Shown here: positions 30,487-39,901 of the stretch, one piece after another
Layout: every line of letters starts with the position of its first letter
Numbering within the stretch: the first letter of the stretch is position 1
Source: Lysobacterales bacterium
GTDB lineage: Bacteria > Pseudomonadota > Gammaproteobacteria > Xanthomonadales > SZUA-5
Reading direction: 5' to 3'
DNA length: 64,000 nt
Assembly: GCA_022844165.1 (NCBI GenBank)
Contig: JALHMH010000005.1
Span: forward strand, 96,001-160,000
Notes under the pieces: generated by a model
Database searches by the model: none
What the model was told of the DNA's origin: nothing
The model's input: only the letters and a program-made list of their open reading frames with translations
Made by a program: the position numbers and the translations under genes

Positions 30487-31119
30487 ATGAACACTCATCG
30501 CCGCCCAAGCGCAATGTGTATTGGCGCCGCTCTGCTCGCAACACTGCTTTTTGCCGGATGTCGCGACTCAAGCGACAGCGACAGCAACAGCAGTGGCCAT
30601 GAGGAGCCCGTACCGGAAATTGTGGCGACAGAACCCTCCACAGTGGGCTTTCTCGCACCTCCCGGTGCTACGGCAAACGACGACGAAGCGTATCCAGAGC
30701 TCGATTGGCTGGATTTGATGCCAGACGCAGAGCGCGAAGCCCTGTTGCGCGGAGAATGGCCGGAAAACGACATCAACCATGATCTGGAGGGCGCCATGGA
30801 TCAGGTCGGAAGCGACGCTGTCGTGGCGGCACTCGATGGGCGCGAAGTCACATTGCCTGGTTACGTTGTACCGCTGGAACTGGCCGCTGACGGCAAAATG
30901 CGCTCGTTTTTCCTGGTCCCGTACTACGGCGCATGCATTCACGTTCCACCGCCACCACCGAACCAGATCATCTACGCAGACCTCACTGAACCCACCACCA
31001 CGCCAGACCTGTGGGAACCGATGCGCATGAGCGGCACACTGCGCACAGTGAAAATCGAAAACGACCTCGCAAACTCGGCCTACCGAATGGACGAGGTGCG
31101 TCTTACGCCCTGGGAATAG
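30487..31119 (+). CDS. DUF3299 family lipoprotein
   Basis: Lipobox LFAGC; LDWLDLMP, LPGYVVPLE, FFLVPYYGACIHVPPPPPNQII. Confidence 0.85.
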   Translation: MNTHRRPSAMCIGAALLATLLFAGCRDSSDSDSNSSGHEEPVPEIVATEPSTVGFLAPPGATANDDEAYPELDWLDLMPDAEREALLRGEWPENDINHDLEGAMDQVGSDAVVAALDGREVTLPGYVVPLELAADGKMRSFFLVPYYGACIHVPPPPPNQIIYADLTEPTTTPDLWEPMRMSGTLRTVKIENDLANSAYRMDEVRLTPWE

Positions 31120-31238
31120 CGATCCTGGTCCTCCGAGACGCAAAGGTCAGACGCCAGCGTTTGGTTGTCACCCTGGGCATTTGAACCCGACAGCGCATTC
31201 GGAGCGAACCGATAGGAGGGACGCGCGTGACTGCCGGC

Positions 31239-31724
31239 TCAACGCACGACCGACCACGACACCATCCGGCCATCGCGGTACGGCATCACGCCGTGGAATG
31301 GGCGCGGATCGCTGTCAAACACCAGTGGCAGGAACTGACGATCGCCTTCCCACATCGGCAGCTCCATCATTCGCTCAAGTTCGATCCATTCGAGCGGCCC
31401 TTCCACGTTGCGCGGCGGCGGAATGCCCTCGAATGCGTCGATCAGGAAGATGAAACCCAGCCAGTCTTCGCCATTCTTGCCAAAGCCCGGCCATGAAATC
31501 GTACCGCGCAACTGCAGCGACGTGCACTCGATCTGGGCTTCTTCGCGGATCTCGCGACGCATACCGGAGAGCACGTCTTCGTCGGCTTCCAGTTTTCCTC
31601 CCAGCCCGTTGTATTTGCCCAAGTGCTCGTCGTCCGCGCGCGCGTTGCGATGCACGAGCAGTACGCGTTTGCGGTCCGGAGACAACACATAACCGAGTGT
31701 ACCGATGATGGGTTGGTAAGGCAT
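31239..31724 (-). CDS. NUDIX hydrolase (MutX/8-oxo-dGTP diphosphatase-like)
   Basis: GKYNGLGGKLE..E......RREIREEA Nudix box, EGPLEW, LPMWEGDR. Confidence 0.9.
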   Translation of the reverse strand: MPYQPIIGTLGYVLSPDRKRVLLVHRNARADDEHLGKYNGLGGKLEADEDVLSGMRREIREEAQIECTSLQLRGTISWPGFGKNGEDWLGFIFLIDAFEGIPPPRNVEGPLEWIELERMMELPMWEGDRQFLPLVFDSDPRPFHGVMPYRDGRMVSWSVVR

Positions 31725-31809
31725 GCGCGCTTTCTTCTTCGTTGGCAAAACGGGATGTTATGTGCAGACCGCATGCTGCGGCGACCTCGATCGCGCAGAG
31801 TCATGATGG

Positions 31810-32160
31810 CTAGGCCACTCTCCACTCATCCCTGAGCACCGGTAGAACTGGGTGATCGAGATGCATTGCGCGCTCGGCAGCTTCCGCGACAGCGCGCGCG
31901 ACGCCGTGGATATCTTCCAACTCCGCCACTTCCTTCGCTGTCTGAAAAAAGACGCAGATCTCATCGTGATCGGCCTCGAGCTTGAGTCGGGATCCGAACC
32001 GGACGTAGGACGCCGTGTCCTGAAAGGCGAATACAGAGCCTTCAACAAGATCCACCGTCCCAAGAAACACCCATGGCTCAACGCCGGGGATCGTCATGTC
32101 GCGATCTGCGAATGTCAGCCGATAGTACGTGCGACCGACTTCCAGGGAAGAGACTTTCAT
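31810..32160 (-). CDS. Hypothetical protein
   Basis: 116-aa ORF with natural composition filling the gap in a minus-strand gene run; no family recognised. Confidence 0.55.
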   Translation of the reverse strand: MKVSSLEVGRTYYRLTFADRDMTIPGVEPWVFLGTVDLVEGSVFAFQDTASYVRFGSRLKLEADHDEICVFFQTAKEVAELEDIHGVARAVAEAAERAMHLDHPVLPVLRDEWRVA

Positions 32161-32233
32161 CTCGATTACGTTTCCGTGATTCTGATTCGCGACTCCGACG
32201 ACGGCACTCTCGGAGCGCTCACCCGACATTAGA

Positions 32234-32794
32234 TCAGCCTCCCAGGAACCGGCGTACTACTAGAGACCAGGTGAGTCCGATTCCGAGCACGTAGCCAGCC
32301 AGGAGTACATGGAAACGTCGAGACTGCACGAAGATGCCGATGACCCCAAGCACCCCGAAGTGCAGTGCGAACGGTAGATAGATGGGTGGATCGAAGAGAT
32401 CTCCCCGCATGGCGGTGAGCGCAATGTCGGCGACCGAAGTCGATGCAAACAGGCCAAGGAACCATGCCCTGTTTCGGGCGAAGACCTCGGCATAGTCCTG
32501 CGTTTCCAAGTCGGGCGGAAACAGCAGCACCGCGAGCAGAAAAAACAGAACGGCCCAAATGATGACAACCAAAAAATAGTCGAAGCTCCACTGGGTCACG
32601 CTCTGCGACTGGAAGAACACCCACCAGTTCAAGATCAGTGTCCAGAAAACCGCGCCTGTCCAGAGCAAATGCACAGCGTCCAGTTTCATCTCCTCCCGGC
32701 GCTGAATCATTCGCCCAACACCAAGGAGAAGATGAGCAATCCCAAGACCCAGGATCAAGGACACCAGAACTGCCAGGTATTCGAATTCAGTCAT
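32234..32794 (-). CDS. Hypothetical membrane protein
   Basis: About 5-6 hydrophobic segments; MTEFEYLAVLVSLILGLGIAHLL, NWW, LLFP; GAGG RBS. Confidence 0.8.
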   Translation of the reverse strand: MTEFEYLAVLVSLILGLGIAHLLLGVGRMIQRREEMKLDAVHLLWTGAVFWTLILNWWVFFQSQSVTQWSFDYFLVVIIWAVLFFLLAVLLFPPDLETQDYAEVFARNRAWFLGLFASTSVADIALTAMRGDLFDPPIYLPFALHFGVLGVIGIFVQSRRFHVLLAGYVLGIGLTWSLVVRRFLGG

Positions 32795-32802
32795 CGACCG
32801 CC

Positions 32803-33303
32803 TCAGAGTTGTCCTGACCGCCTCAGTCGCAAATAAACGCTATCGCACACCTCATCGCCGACGATCCACGTGCTACTCGCGCGATGCGTCTCAACAAAGC
32901 CGAGCTTGTGCAAAACTGCGAGCGAACCCGCATTGCGTGGATCAACATCCGCGGTGATGGCGGGCATAGAATGCGACGACAGTAAGTGCTCAATGACTGC
33001 ACTCAGGGCCTCAAAGGCCAAACCTTGCCGCCACTGATCGCTACGCAGAATGAAGCCGATTTGAGGCAGTCGCCAGCAGCCGGCTTTGCCAATGACCTCA
33101 CCTTCGCGTTCGATGATGAAGTCGTCAGTCAACGCCGGATCGGCATCGATCATGGCCTGCAGCCATTGGCGAGTTTGCTCGACATCGGTATGCGGCGGCG
33201 TTGCCCAATAGCGCATCGCGACGGCATCGCTCAACACGGCGTGCATCGCAGGCAGGTCTTCCGTTCGCGCACGGCGCAGCAATAGCCGCTGGGTTCGAAT
33301 CAT
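32803..33303 (-). CDS. GNAT N-acetyltransferase (RimJ/RimL-like)
   Basis: IRTQRLLLR, W.QGLAFEAL, DVDPRN.GSL.VL.KLGF. Confidence 0.88.
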   Translation of the reverse strand: MIRTQRLLLRRARTEDLPAMHAVLSDAVAMRYWATPPHTDVEQTRQWLQAMIDADPALTDDFIIEREGEVIGKAGCWRLPQIGFILRSDQWRQGLAFEALSAVIEHLLSSHSMPAITADVDPRNAGSLAVLHKLGFVETHRASSTWIVGDEVCDSVYLRLRRSGQL

Positions 33304-35186
33304 GCCGCATCACCGCGCAGCGCTCGAACGTCCGCTTCCAGATCTTCGGCCTGCGCGTCGGGCCCACGCGCTTTGCCGATGGCCAGGCCGACGCGCGAGT
33401 CAAAGCGCCGCGGTATTTTTAAACGCTTCTCAAGCGCATCGCGTCGCGAAAACAGGCTGCCCCAAAGTCCTTGCAGCGCCATCGGTATCACGGGCACCGG
33501 ATCGCGCTGCAGAATTCTCTCCACGCCTGGGCGGAAACGTGCGATATCGCCGTCTCGCGTCAGGCCGCCTTCCGGGAAGATGCAGACCAGGTTACCCTCT
33601 TGCAGCTCGCGCGAGACTTCGTCGAACGCGCGGATCATGATCGCTGGATCCTCTTTTGCGCCGGCGATCGGAATAGCCTTCGCCCAACGGAACACCTGTT
33701 TGGCAATCGGCATGTCAAAGATCTTGTAGTACATGACGAAGCGTACCGGCCGCGGCACCGAACCCAGGATCACCAGCGCGTCGATGTACGAAACGTGGTT
33801 GCAGACCAGCAGTGCCGCTCCTTCGTCGGGGATTTCGTCGATGCCACGGATGCGCACGCGATAGAAGACGTTGATCAGTATCCAGGCGATGAAGCGCAGC
33901 AAGAACTCGGGAACGAGGGTGAAAATGTAAATCGCGACGATGGCATTGAGCAGGGCGGTGACCAGCAGAACCTGCGGCATCGTCAGACCAAAACCGCTGG
34001 ACAATGCAAAGCCGACGAGCGACGCCGCGACCATGAAGACCGCGTTCAATATGTTGTTGGCGCCAATCACACGCGAGCGGCGCGAGGGCTCGCTGCGCTG
34101 TTGAATCAGTGCGAACAGCGGCACGATGAAGAACCCCGAGAAAACCGCCATCAACAACAGGTCGATGGTCAAGCGCCAACCATAGGCAGTGGCCAGGTAG
34201 GCGCTGATGGACAGCTCGACACTGCCGCTCGTCGCAGGCAACGCAAAGTAAATGTCGAGCCCGAACAGCGTCATGCCGAAAGCACCGAATGGCACCAGAC
34301 CAATCTCGACCTTGCGCCGCGAAAACACTTCGCACAACAGCGCACCAACACCCGTTCCGACGGAAAAAATCGCGAGCAGCAGTGTATAGACGGCTGTTGC
34401 GCCACCGATCACATCGCGCACGTACACCGGCAGGATCAGGAAGTACATCGAGCCGTAAAACCAGAACCAGCTGATACCCAGGCAGCTCAGGAACACCGTT
34501 CGATGGCCAGCCAGGAACTTCAGGCTGCGCCACGTCTCTGTCAACGGATTGAGGTTGATCGTCAGCGCCGGGTCGACAGGCTTTAGGGCGGGCATCCATA
34601 GGCTCGCCAGCCATCCGACAATGGCCACTGCGAGTCCGGTCGCGGAGATCAACAACAATCCACTCGATGGTAGTCCGACCAACCACGTGCCAAGCAAAGT
34701 GCCGAGCAGTATCGCGACCATCGTTGCACTTTCGACCAGGCCGTTGCCACCGGTCAATTCTTCGCCATCGAGCACCTGGGGCAAGATGCCGTACTTCAGC
34801 GGGCCGAAGAGAGTCGATTGCAAACCTAGCAAGAACAACACAATCAACAGGATCGGCGCACTTTTCAGCAAGAAGCCAGCGCAGGCGAAAACCATCAAAA
34901 CCACTTCGAGCAGTTTCACCCATCGAGCGAGGCGCGCTTTGTCGTATTTGTCCGCCAATTGCCCGCCGAGCGCCGAAAACAAGAAAAACGGCAGGATAAA
35001 CAGAGCGCCTGCCAGCAGCGAAAAGTTCGCATCGCTGATGCCGACTTCGATGGCGCCGACAAATACCACCAGCGCGACAAAACCCTGTTTGAAGACGTTA
35101 TCGTTAAATGCAGTCAACGCCTGCGCCAAGAAAAATGGCAGGAAGCGGCGTTCGGTCAACAGGCTGAACTGACTGGAGGCGGACAT
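33300..35186 (-). CDS. MFS transporter (LplT-like) fused to a PlsC-type acyltransferase
   Basis: RRFLPFF, AFNDN.FK, GQLADK, FGPLKYGILP; C-terminal NHVSYID and FPEG. Confidence 0.9.
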   Translation of the reverse strand: MSASSQFSLLTERRFLPFFLAQALTAFNDNVFKQGFVALVVFVGAIEVGISDANFSLLAGALFILPFFLFSALGGQLADKYDKARLARWVKLLEVVLMVFACAGFLLKSAPILLIVLFLLGLQSTLFGPLKYGILPQVLDGEELTGGNGLVESATMVAILLGTLLGTWLVGLPSSGLLLISATGLAVAIVGWLASLWMPALKPVDPALTINLNPLTETWRSLKFLAGHRTVFLSCLGISWFWFYGSMYFLILPVYVRDVIGGATAVYTLLLAIFSVGTGVGALLCEVFSRRKVEIGLVPFGAFGMTLFGLDIYFALPATSGSVELSISAYLATAYGWRLTIDLLLMAVFSGFFIVPLFALIQQRSEPSRRSRVIGANNILNAVFMVAASLVGFALSSGFGLTMPQVLLVTALLNAIVAIYIFTLVPEFLLRFIAWILINVFYRVRIRGIDEIPDEGAALLVCNHVSYIDALVILGSVPRPVRFVMYYKIFDMPIAKQVFRWAKAIPIAGAKEDPAIMIRAFDEVSRELQEGNLVCIFPEGGLTRDGDIARFRPGVERILQRDPVPVIPMALQGLWGSLFSRRDALEKRLKIPRRFDSRVGLAIGKARGPDAQAEDLEADVRALRGDAA

Positions 35187-35223
35187 AGACTTATCGAGAC
35201 TCCGCGTCAGACCGACGAGCATT

Positions 35224-35355
35224 GTTGACTTCGCTCGACAGTGTACTTGCAAGCCTGCCGAGCGCGGGGCGCTCGGATTCCGGCCCGGCCTCATGAGCCA
35301 AAGCTGCTTCGTAGAAAATTCGACTCATTGTTTCCAGATCCGTCAAGGACTTTTT
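35224..35355 (+). repeat. Dispersed degenerate intergenic repeat, copy C
   Basis: GACTTC..TGCCGAGCG..GCCAAAGCTGCTTC(35297-35310)..ACTCATTG..GATCCGTCAAGGACTTTTT; colinear with copy A. Confidence 0.6.
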
Positions 35356-35367
35356 GCTCAAGTTCGA

Positions 35368-35392
35368 TGCTCGCAGGCTAACACTGCGAGCA
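35368..35392 (-). terminator. Hairpin after mtgA (possible terminator)
   Basis: TGCTCGCAG-N7-CTGCGAGCA perfect 9-bp stem about 10 nt after the mtgA stop; no clear U-tract. Confidence 0.5.
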
Positions 35393-35402
35393 ATGCGGTT
35401 CG

Positions 35403-36143
35403 CTAATCGCGCAGGCGTTGAAGCAACCCAGGTCCACCCAATTGTTCGCTTTGTTGCACGATCCAACTGGCGCGCTGGTGTAGATAGGGCGTCGGCCGAT
35501 CGGCGCGACGTTCGCGCGGGTTCGGCAACGTCGCGACCATCAATGCGAGCTGATACGGCGATAGTCGCTCACAGTCTTTACCGAATCGCACCTCACACGC
35601 GCGGCAGAAGCCAAAGAGCGCCTCACCGGTCTCGGCGACATTGATGTACACCTCGAGAATGCGCTCCTTGCTCCAGATCAATTCGATCAACACAGTGAAC
35701 CAGGCTTCCAGCGCCTTTCGCAGGTAGCTGCGGCCCGACCAGAGAAATACGTTCTTGGCGACTTGCTGGCTGATCGTGCTCGCACCGCGTAGTTTTCCGC
35801 CTTCTTCGCGTGCAGCAAGTGCTCGTTCGATCTCGACGGTGTCGAAACCCGAGTGATCCAGGAAACGCTGATCTTCTGCCGCGACGATCGCCACAGGCAG
35901 ATAGGGACCCACGCGATCGAGGGCGCACCACTGCTGATCGATCGCAAATTGCTTATCGCCCGAGCGCCTCGCCTCGATGATGCGTTCGGCCATCACACCG
36001 GTGATCGGCGGATCGACAAAGCGATACAGCAGAACCCAGAAAACGCTCATGATCATCGGCGTCAGCGTGATCCAGATCAGCCAACGCAGGCGCCGCCGAG
36101 GCGCCCGCGTCGCTGCTGGCTTTAAGCGCGAGCGCTGAGCCAC
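35403..36143 (-). CDS. mtgA: Monofunctional peptidoglycan transglycosylase
   Basis: AAEDQRF..H.GFD, RGASTISQQVAKNVFLW.GRSYLRKALE, KERILEVYIN; N-terminal TM. Confidence 0.95.
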   Translation of the reverse strand: MAQRSRLKPAATRAPRRRLRWLIWITLTPMIMSVFWVLLYRFVDPPITGVMAERIIEARRSGDKQFAIDQQWCALDRVGPYLPVAIVAAEDQRFLDHSGFDTVEIERALAAREEGGKLRGASTISQQVAKNVFLWSGRSYLRKALEAWFTVLIELIWSKERILEVYINVAETGEALFGFCRACEVRFGKDCERLSPYQLALMVATLPNPRERRADRPTPYLHQRASWIVQQSEQLGGPGLLQRLRD

Positions 36144-37186
36144 TGGTGAATGGTCGGCGCCACCTCGCGCTGTGCGCGCCCGGACACATAGATGCCGATA
36201 TGGCCACCTTTGAACGCCAACACCGTGTAGTCCTTCGTGCCGACGATGTTCTTCAGCGGAATCGATGCCGTCGGCGGAACCAGATGGTCCTGCTCGGCGT
36301 AAATGTTGAGCACTGGCATCGTGATCTTCTTGGTATCGACAGGTTTATCGCCGATCGAAAGGCCACCTTCGATCAACTTGTTTGCCTGATAAAAGTCCTT
36401 GATGAACTCACGAAACGCCTGGCCAGCCTGATTGGGCGAATCGAAAATCCACTTCTCCATCCGTAAGAAGTTCTCGAGTTCGGCTTTGTCGTCGAGGATG
36501 TCGACGAGGCCGACGTATTTCTGATGATTGAGACGAAACGGTTTGAGCGTCAGGTAACACCAGTTCATCAGATCGCCCGGCACATTGCCCAACGTGTCAA
36601 CGAACAAGTCGATGTCCATCGCCTGCGTCCAATGCGACAGCATGTTGTCCGGCGTGTGGAAATCGACCGGTGTAACCATGGTGATCAGATTCTTCACCTT
36701 CTCCGGATAGATCGACGCAAAGCACACCGAAAACGCGCCACCCTGGCAGATGCCGAGGATGTTGATGGCTTTCAATCCATGGCGCCTGGCCACGACGTCG
36801 ACGCAGCGCCGGATGTAGCCATTGATGTAATCGTCGAGAGACAGGCACCGGTCGGCCGCATCGGGATAACCCCAATCGATCAAATACACATCTTCGCCCT
36901 GAGCCAGCAAGTTGCGAACCAACGAACGATCCGCTTGAAGATCGGTCATGAACGGCCGATTGACCAGGGCGTAGACGATCAAGACAGGCGTCTTGTTGCG
37001 CGGCGGCTTGTCGCCCTGGAAGCGGTACAGGACCAACTTGTCCTCGCGGTACACCGCTTCTTTTTCCGTCGCGCCATAGTGCACATCATCGAGCTGCCGC
37101 AGCACTTGCGCGCCGTTCGTGAGTTTTTGCGAGTAGCGTGCGGCTTCGTCGAGCACGGCTTTGGGATCGAATTTGAGCGGGCCCAT
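36122..37186 (-). CDS. phaC: Class III PHA synthase subunit PhaC
   Basis: YALVNRP, YLIDWG, lipase-box Cys GICQGG, MEKWIFDSP, DHLVP, GGHIG. Confidence 0.95.
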   Translation of the reverse strand: MGPLKFDPKAVLDEAARYSQKLTNGAQVLRQLDDVHYGATEKEAVYREDKLVLYRFQGDKPPRNKTPVLIVYALVNRPFMTDLQADRSLVRNLLAQGEDVYLIDWGYPDAADRCLSLDDYINGYIRRCVDVVARRHGLKAINILGICQGGAFSVCFASIYPEKVKNLITMVTPVDFHTPDNMLSHWTQAMDIDLFVDTLGNVPGDLMNWCYLTLKPFRLNHQKYVGLVDILDDKAELENFLRMEKWIFDSPNQAGQAFREFIKDFYQANKLIEGGLSIGDKPVDTKKITMPVLNIYAEQDHLVPPTASIPLKNIVGTKDYTVLAFKGGHIGIYVSGRAQREVAPTIHQWLSARA

Positions 37187-37188
37187 GC

Positions 37189-38223
37189 TTATTTGCTCCG
37201 TTTTGCGGGTTGTGCGGTCTTAACTGCAGCCTTGACGACCGGCTTGGGTGGTGTCCTGGTTCTGGCAGGCGTCGTGGGTTTTGCCGAGGCTCTGGACTTT
37301 GCTGGAGCAGCGGCTTTTGCCGGCACTGGTGCTTCGGCGGGCGCTTTCGAATCGACCTGACTGGATGGGTTCCTTACCCCTTCCTCGAGTGCCGCCACGC
37401 GCCGCCTTAACTCATGCAATCGCTGATGCACGGTATCCAATTCACTACGTCCGGGCATGCCGAGTGCTGCCGTTTGCCGCTCCACATCCGCTTGCACTAA
37501 CTGCCGCACGCGCATTTGCGCGTTGACCATCGCACCGTAAACTTCCCGGAATTCATCGGAGAGCGCTACGTCTGCGTAGCCTTCTTCGGCCGCGTCGATG
37601 TACACATCGTACAAAGCACGAAAATGACTGATTTCGCGGCCTGGCTCACTGCGCTCAGCCAGTTTACTCTCGAAACGATCGAACCCGATTCGAGTCGCTT
37701 TCATCATCAACTCGTTGTAGCGGTTGTTCTGTTCCTGATACTCGGCAACCGCGCGCACCAAGGCTTGCGCCCGCTCTTGCGATTCGCGCGCATAACCAAA
37801 GGCTGGTAACGAAAGCAACGACTGCAATTCTTGTTTGATTGGACCGGCTTGTTTCTGCCACTCGCCAAACAGTGCCTCGAATCCTCGAGCTCCCTCATGG
37901 TTGACCGAGCGCAACGCATCGAGCACTGGATTGCCAGGCGCCATCGAGGAAAATCCTTGCTCCACTGCTTTGCGAATCGCTGCGGGCGAAAAGGCGTCGG
38001 CAGCACCCCCGCCCATTTGCGAAAAAACGCCCTGCATGAAGTCGGTGAACTGCTTGGCACCGCCGACCAGCTTTTCTACCGTATCGTTGGCAGAGCCACC
38101 ACCCATTGCCTGCTGCCACGCCCTAAGGCCATCGTTCGCCCCCACGCTACGTGTGGCGTCCATCCAACCCTTCAACAGCTGTTGCTGCATTTCCTGCCAA
38201 TCCGGCAATGCGTTCTGCGCCAC
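37189..38223 (-). CDS. phaE: Class III PHA synthase subunit PhaE
   Basis: PAFGYARE.QER, RALYD.YIDAAEE.Y, YGAMVNAQMR, GMPGRSELD; Ala/Lys/Pro-rich tail; GGAG RBS, GTG start. Confidence 0.92.
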   Translation of the reverse strand: MAQNALPDWQEMQQQLLKGWMDATRSVGANDGLRAWQQAMGGGSANDTVEKLVGGAKQFTDFMQGVFSQMGGGAADAFSPAAIRKAVEQGFSSMAPGNPVLDALRSVNHEGARGFEALFGEWQKQAGPIKQELQSLLSLPAFGYARESQERAQALVRAVAEYQEQNNRYNELMMKATRIGFDRFESKLAERSEPGREISHFRALYDVYIDAAEEGYADVALSDEFREVYGAMVNAQMRVRQLVQADVERQTAALGMPGRSELDTVHQRLHELRRRVAALEEGVRNPSSQVDSKAPAEAPVPAKAAAPAKSRASAKPTTPARTRTPPKPVVKAAVKTAQPAKRSK

Positions 38224-38306
38224 GGCAATGACTCCGTTGGTTGAGTTGGCGCGGATGTTAGTGCAGTACTTTGTCGTTTGCGAGAACGGCGTTGTCGCCG
38301 ATGTCG

Positions 38307-39839
38307 CTATCCTTGCGCCAGATGCCTGGCCTGGCGCGGCGGCGTGCTACTTTGGACTTTGCTTCTCGGTGCCGGAAGCGGCGTGTCGCTGCGGTCGAAG
38401 GCCAGGCGCGAGCGTCCACCCTGATTTCGATAGTCACAAATTAGTGCATGCTCCGTTGCCGCCAACATCTCTGGCCACAAAGCAGCGACACCATTGCGTA
38501 TCAGCACAATAAGCCGCTCATGGGCAATCGAATGCGATTGGCCGCTTGCGGCAAAGATGGCATCGCTGATCGCCAGAAAGCGAGCGAACGGCGACGTACC
38601 TAACAACAAGGGCAGCGTGCGCGAGAATCGCGCCGAATTGGCGATCAGGTCCCAAAAGCGCGCAAAACGATTGAGGCGCTGAAACGTCGGGAAGTCAATC
38701 GTATTGGTGCTCAACACGGTGTAAGGCGGATCTGGCGAAAAGCGCAAATCGAAAGCTTCTGCGTGGCGCGCGATTGGCGCACCCCGAAGACGCTTGAGAA
38801 TGCCGAACTGAATCTCCTGGGGATTCAATGCGACCAGCCGATCGAACCCCTGGGCAAACTGTACCAGCGTCTCGCCCGGCAGGCCGGCGATCAAATCGAC
38901 ATGCAAATGGGCATGCGATTGTTCGCGCAACCAGCGCAGATTCTCCTCGGCGACATCGTTCTTCTGGCGCCTGGAGATGCGCGCCTGTATCTCGGGATCG
39001 AAAGTCTGGATGCCAATTTCGAACTGCAATAAGCCAGGCGGAAACAGCGCAATCCTCGACTTGAGGCGCTCCGGCAAATGATCGGGGATCAGCTCGAAAT
39101 GTGCAAACGGGGGATCGCTCGGGCAGGCCTCGATTTTCGCCAGGAAGAACTCGAGGATAGCCAACGAGGTATCCACCTTCAAATTGAAGGTTCGATCGAC
39201 GAACTTGAAGTGCCGGGCGCCAAGCTCGTAGAGCCGATCCAGCTCGCGCAAGAACGGATCGAGTGGGAACGGCCATGCAGTTTTGTCTAGTGCGGAGAGG
39301 CAAAACTCGCACTTGAACGGGCAACCGCGCGACGCTTCGACGTAGATGTGGCGACGCCTTGCATCCTCGGCCGAGTACTCGGCATACGGCATTACCAGCG
39401 TCTCCAGCGGCGGCTGTTTGCCGGCAATCAGTTTCGCATCGGGCGGATGACCGTTCAGCACATCTGCGGCCAGCTCCGCAAAACTGACATCACCCCAGCC
39501 CGTGATCACATAATCCGCCAGCGCGACGATGCGCTGATTCTCTACTTCATAGCTGACCTCGGGCCCACCGATCACGATGACCATCTGCGGCGCGAGAACC
39601 TTCAGTTGCGCCACCAATCGCGTGGTTTCTTCGACATTCCAGATATACACACCGAATCCGATCAACTTTGGACCTGAGGCCAGCAGGCGCTCCGCCATTT
39701 GTTCGGTGCGCTGGCCGAGGACGAACTCAATGATTTCGGAGCGCTCGCGAAGCGCGTGCAAGTTGGCTCGCAAGTAACGCAGCCCGAGCGCCGCGTGAAC
39801 GAAACGAGCATTGATCGTGCAAAGAACGATATCGGTCAT
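38307..39839 (-). CDS. B12-binding radical SAM protein (probable C-terminal DUF4080)
   Basis: N-terminal cobalamin domain (GFGVYIWN, GGPEVS), YVEASRGCPFKCEFC (CxxxCxxC), FVDRTFN, EIGIQT. Confidence 0.88.
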   Translation of the reverse strand: MTDIVLCTINARFVHAALGLRYLRANLHALRERSEIIEFVLGQRTEQMAERLLASGPKLIGFGVYIWNVEETTRLVAQLKVLAPQMVIVIGGPEVSYEVENQRIVALADYVITGWGDVSFAELAADVLNGHPPDAKLIAGKQPPLETLVMPYAEYSAEDARRRHIYVEASRGCPFKCEFCLSALDKTAWPFPLDPFLRELDRLYELGARHFKFVDRTFNLKVDTSLAILEFFLAKIEACPSDPPFAHFELIPDHLPERLKSRIALFPPGLLQFEIGIQTFDPEIQARISRRQKNDVAEENLRWLREQSHAHLHVDLIAGLPGETLVQFAQGFDRLVALNPQEIQFGILKRLRGAPIARHAEAFDLRFSPDPPYTVLSTNTIDFPTFQRLNRFARFWDLIANSARFSRTLPLLLGTSPFARFLAISDAIFAASGQSHSIAHERLIVLIRNGVAALWPEMLAATEHALICDYRNQGGRSRLAFDRSDTPLPAPRSKVQSSTPPRQARHLAQG

Positions 39840-39901
39840 CGTCCAAGTATGGCGGACATTGTCGACGTGCGACATGCCATTCCAGGCAGTAGACTCTGAC
39901 G

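Noticed and set aside
31137-31146. GACGCAAAG, a c-di-GMP-I riboswitch sub-motif
   Set aside because: It lies between convergent genes and has no GGCAAA/GAAA hairpin upstream.
33291-33302. GGTTCGAATC, a T-loop-like tRNA signature
   Set aside because: It lies within the GNAT/MFS coding junction and no cloverleaf forms.
35191-35466. 91-aa ORF between mtgA and the MFS gene
   Set aside because: It overlaps mtgA, a hairpin and repeat copy C, and the homologous repeat copies do not conserve the reading frame.
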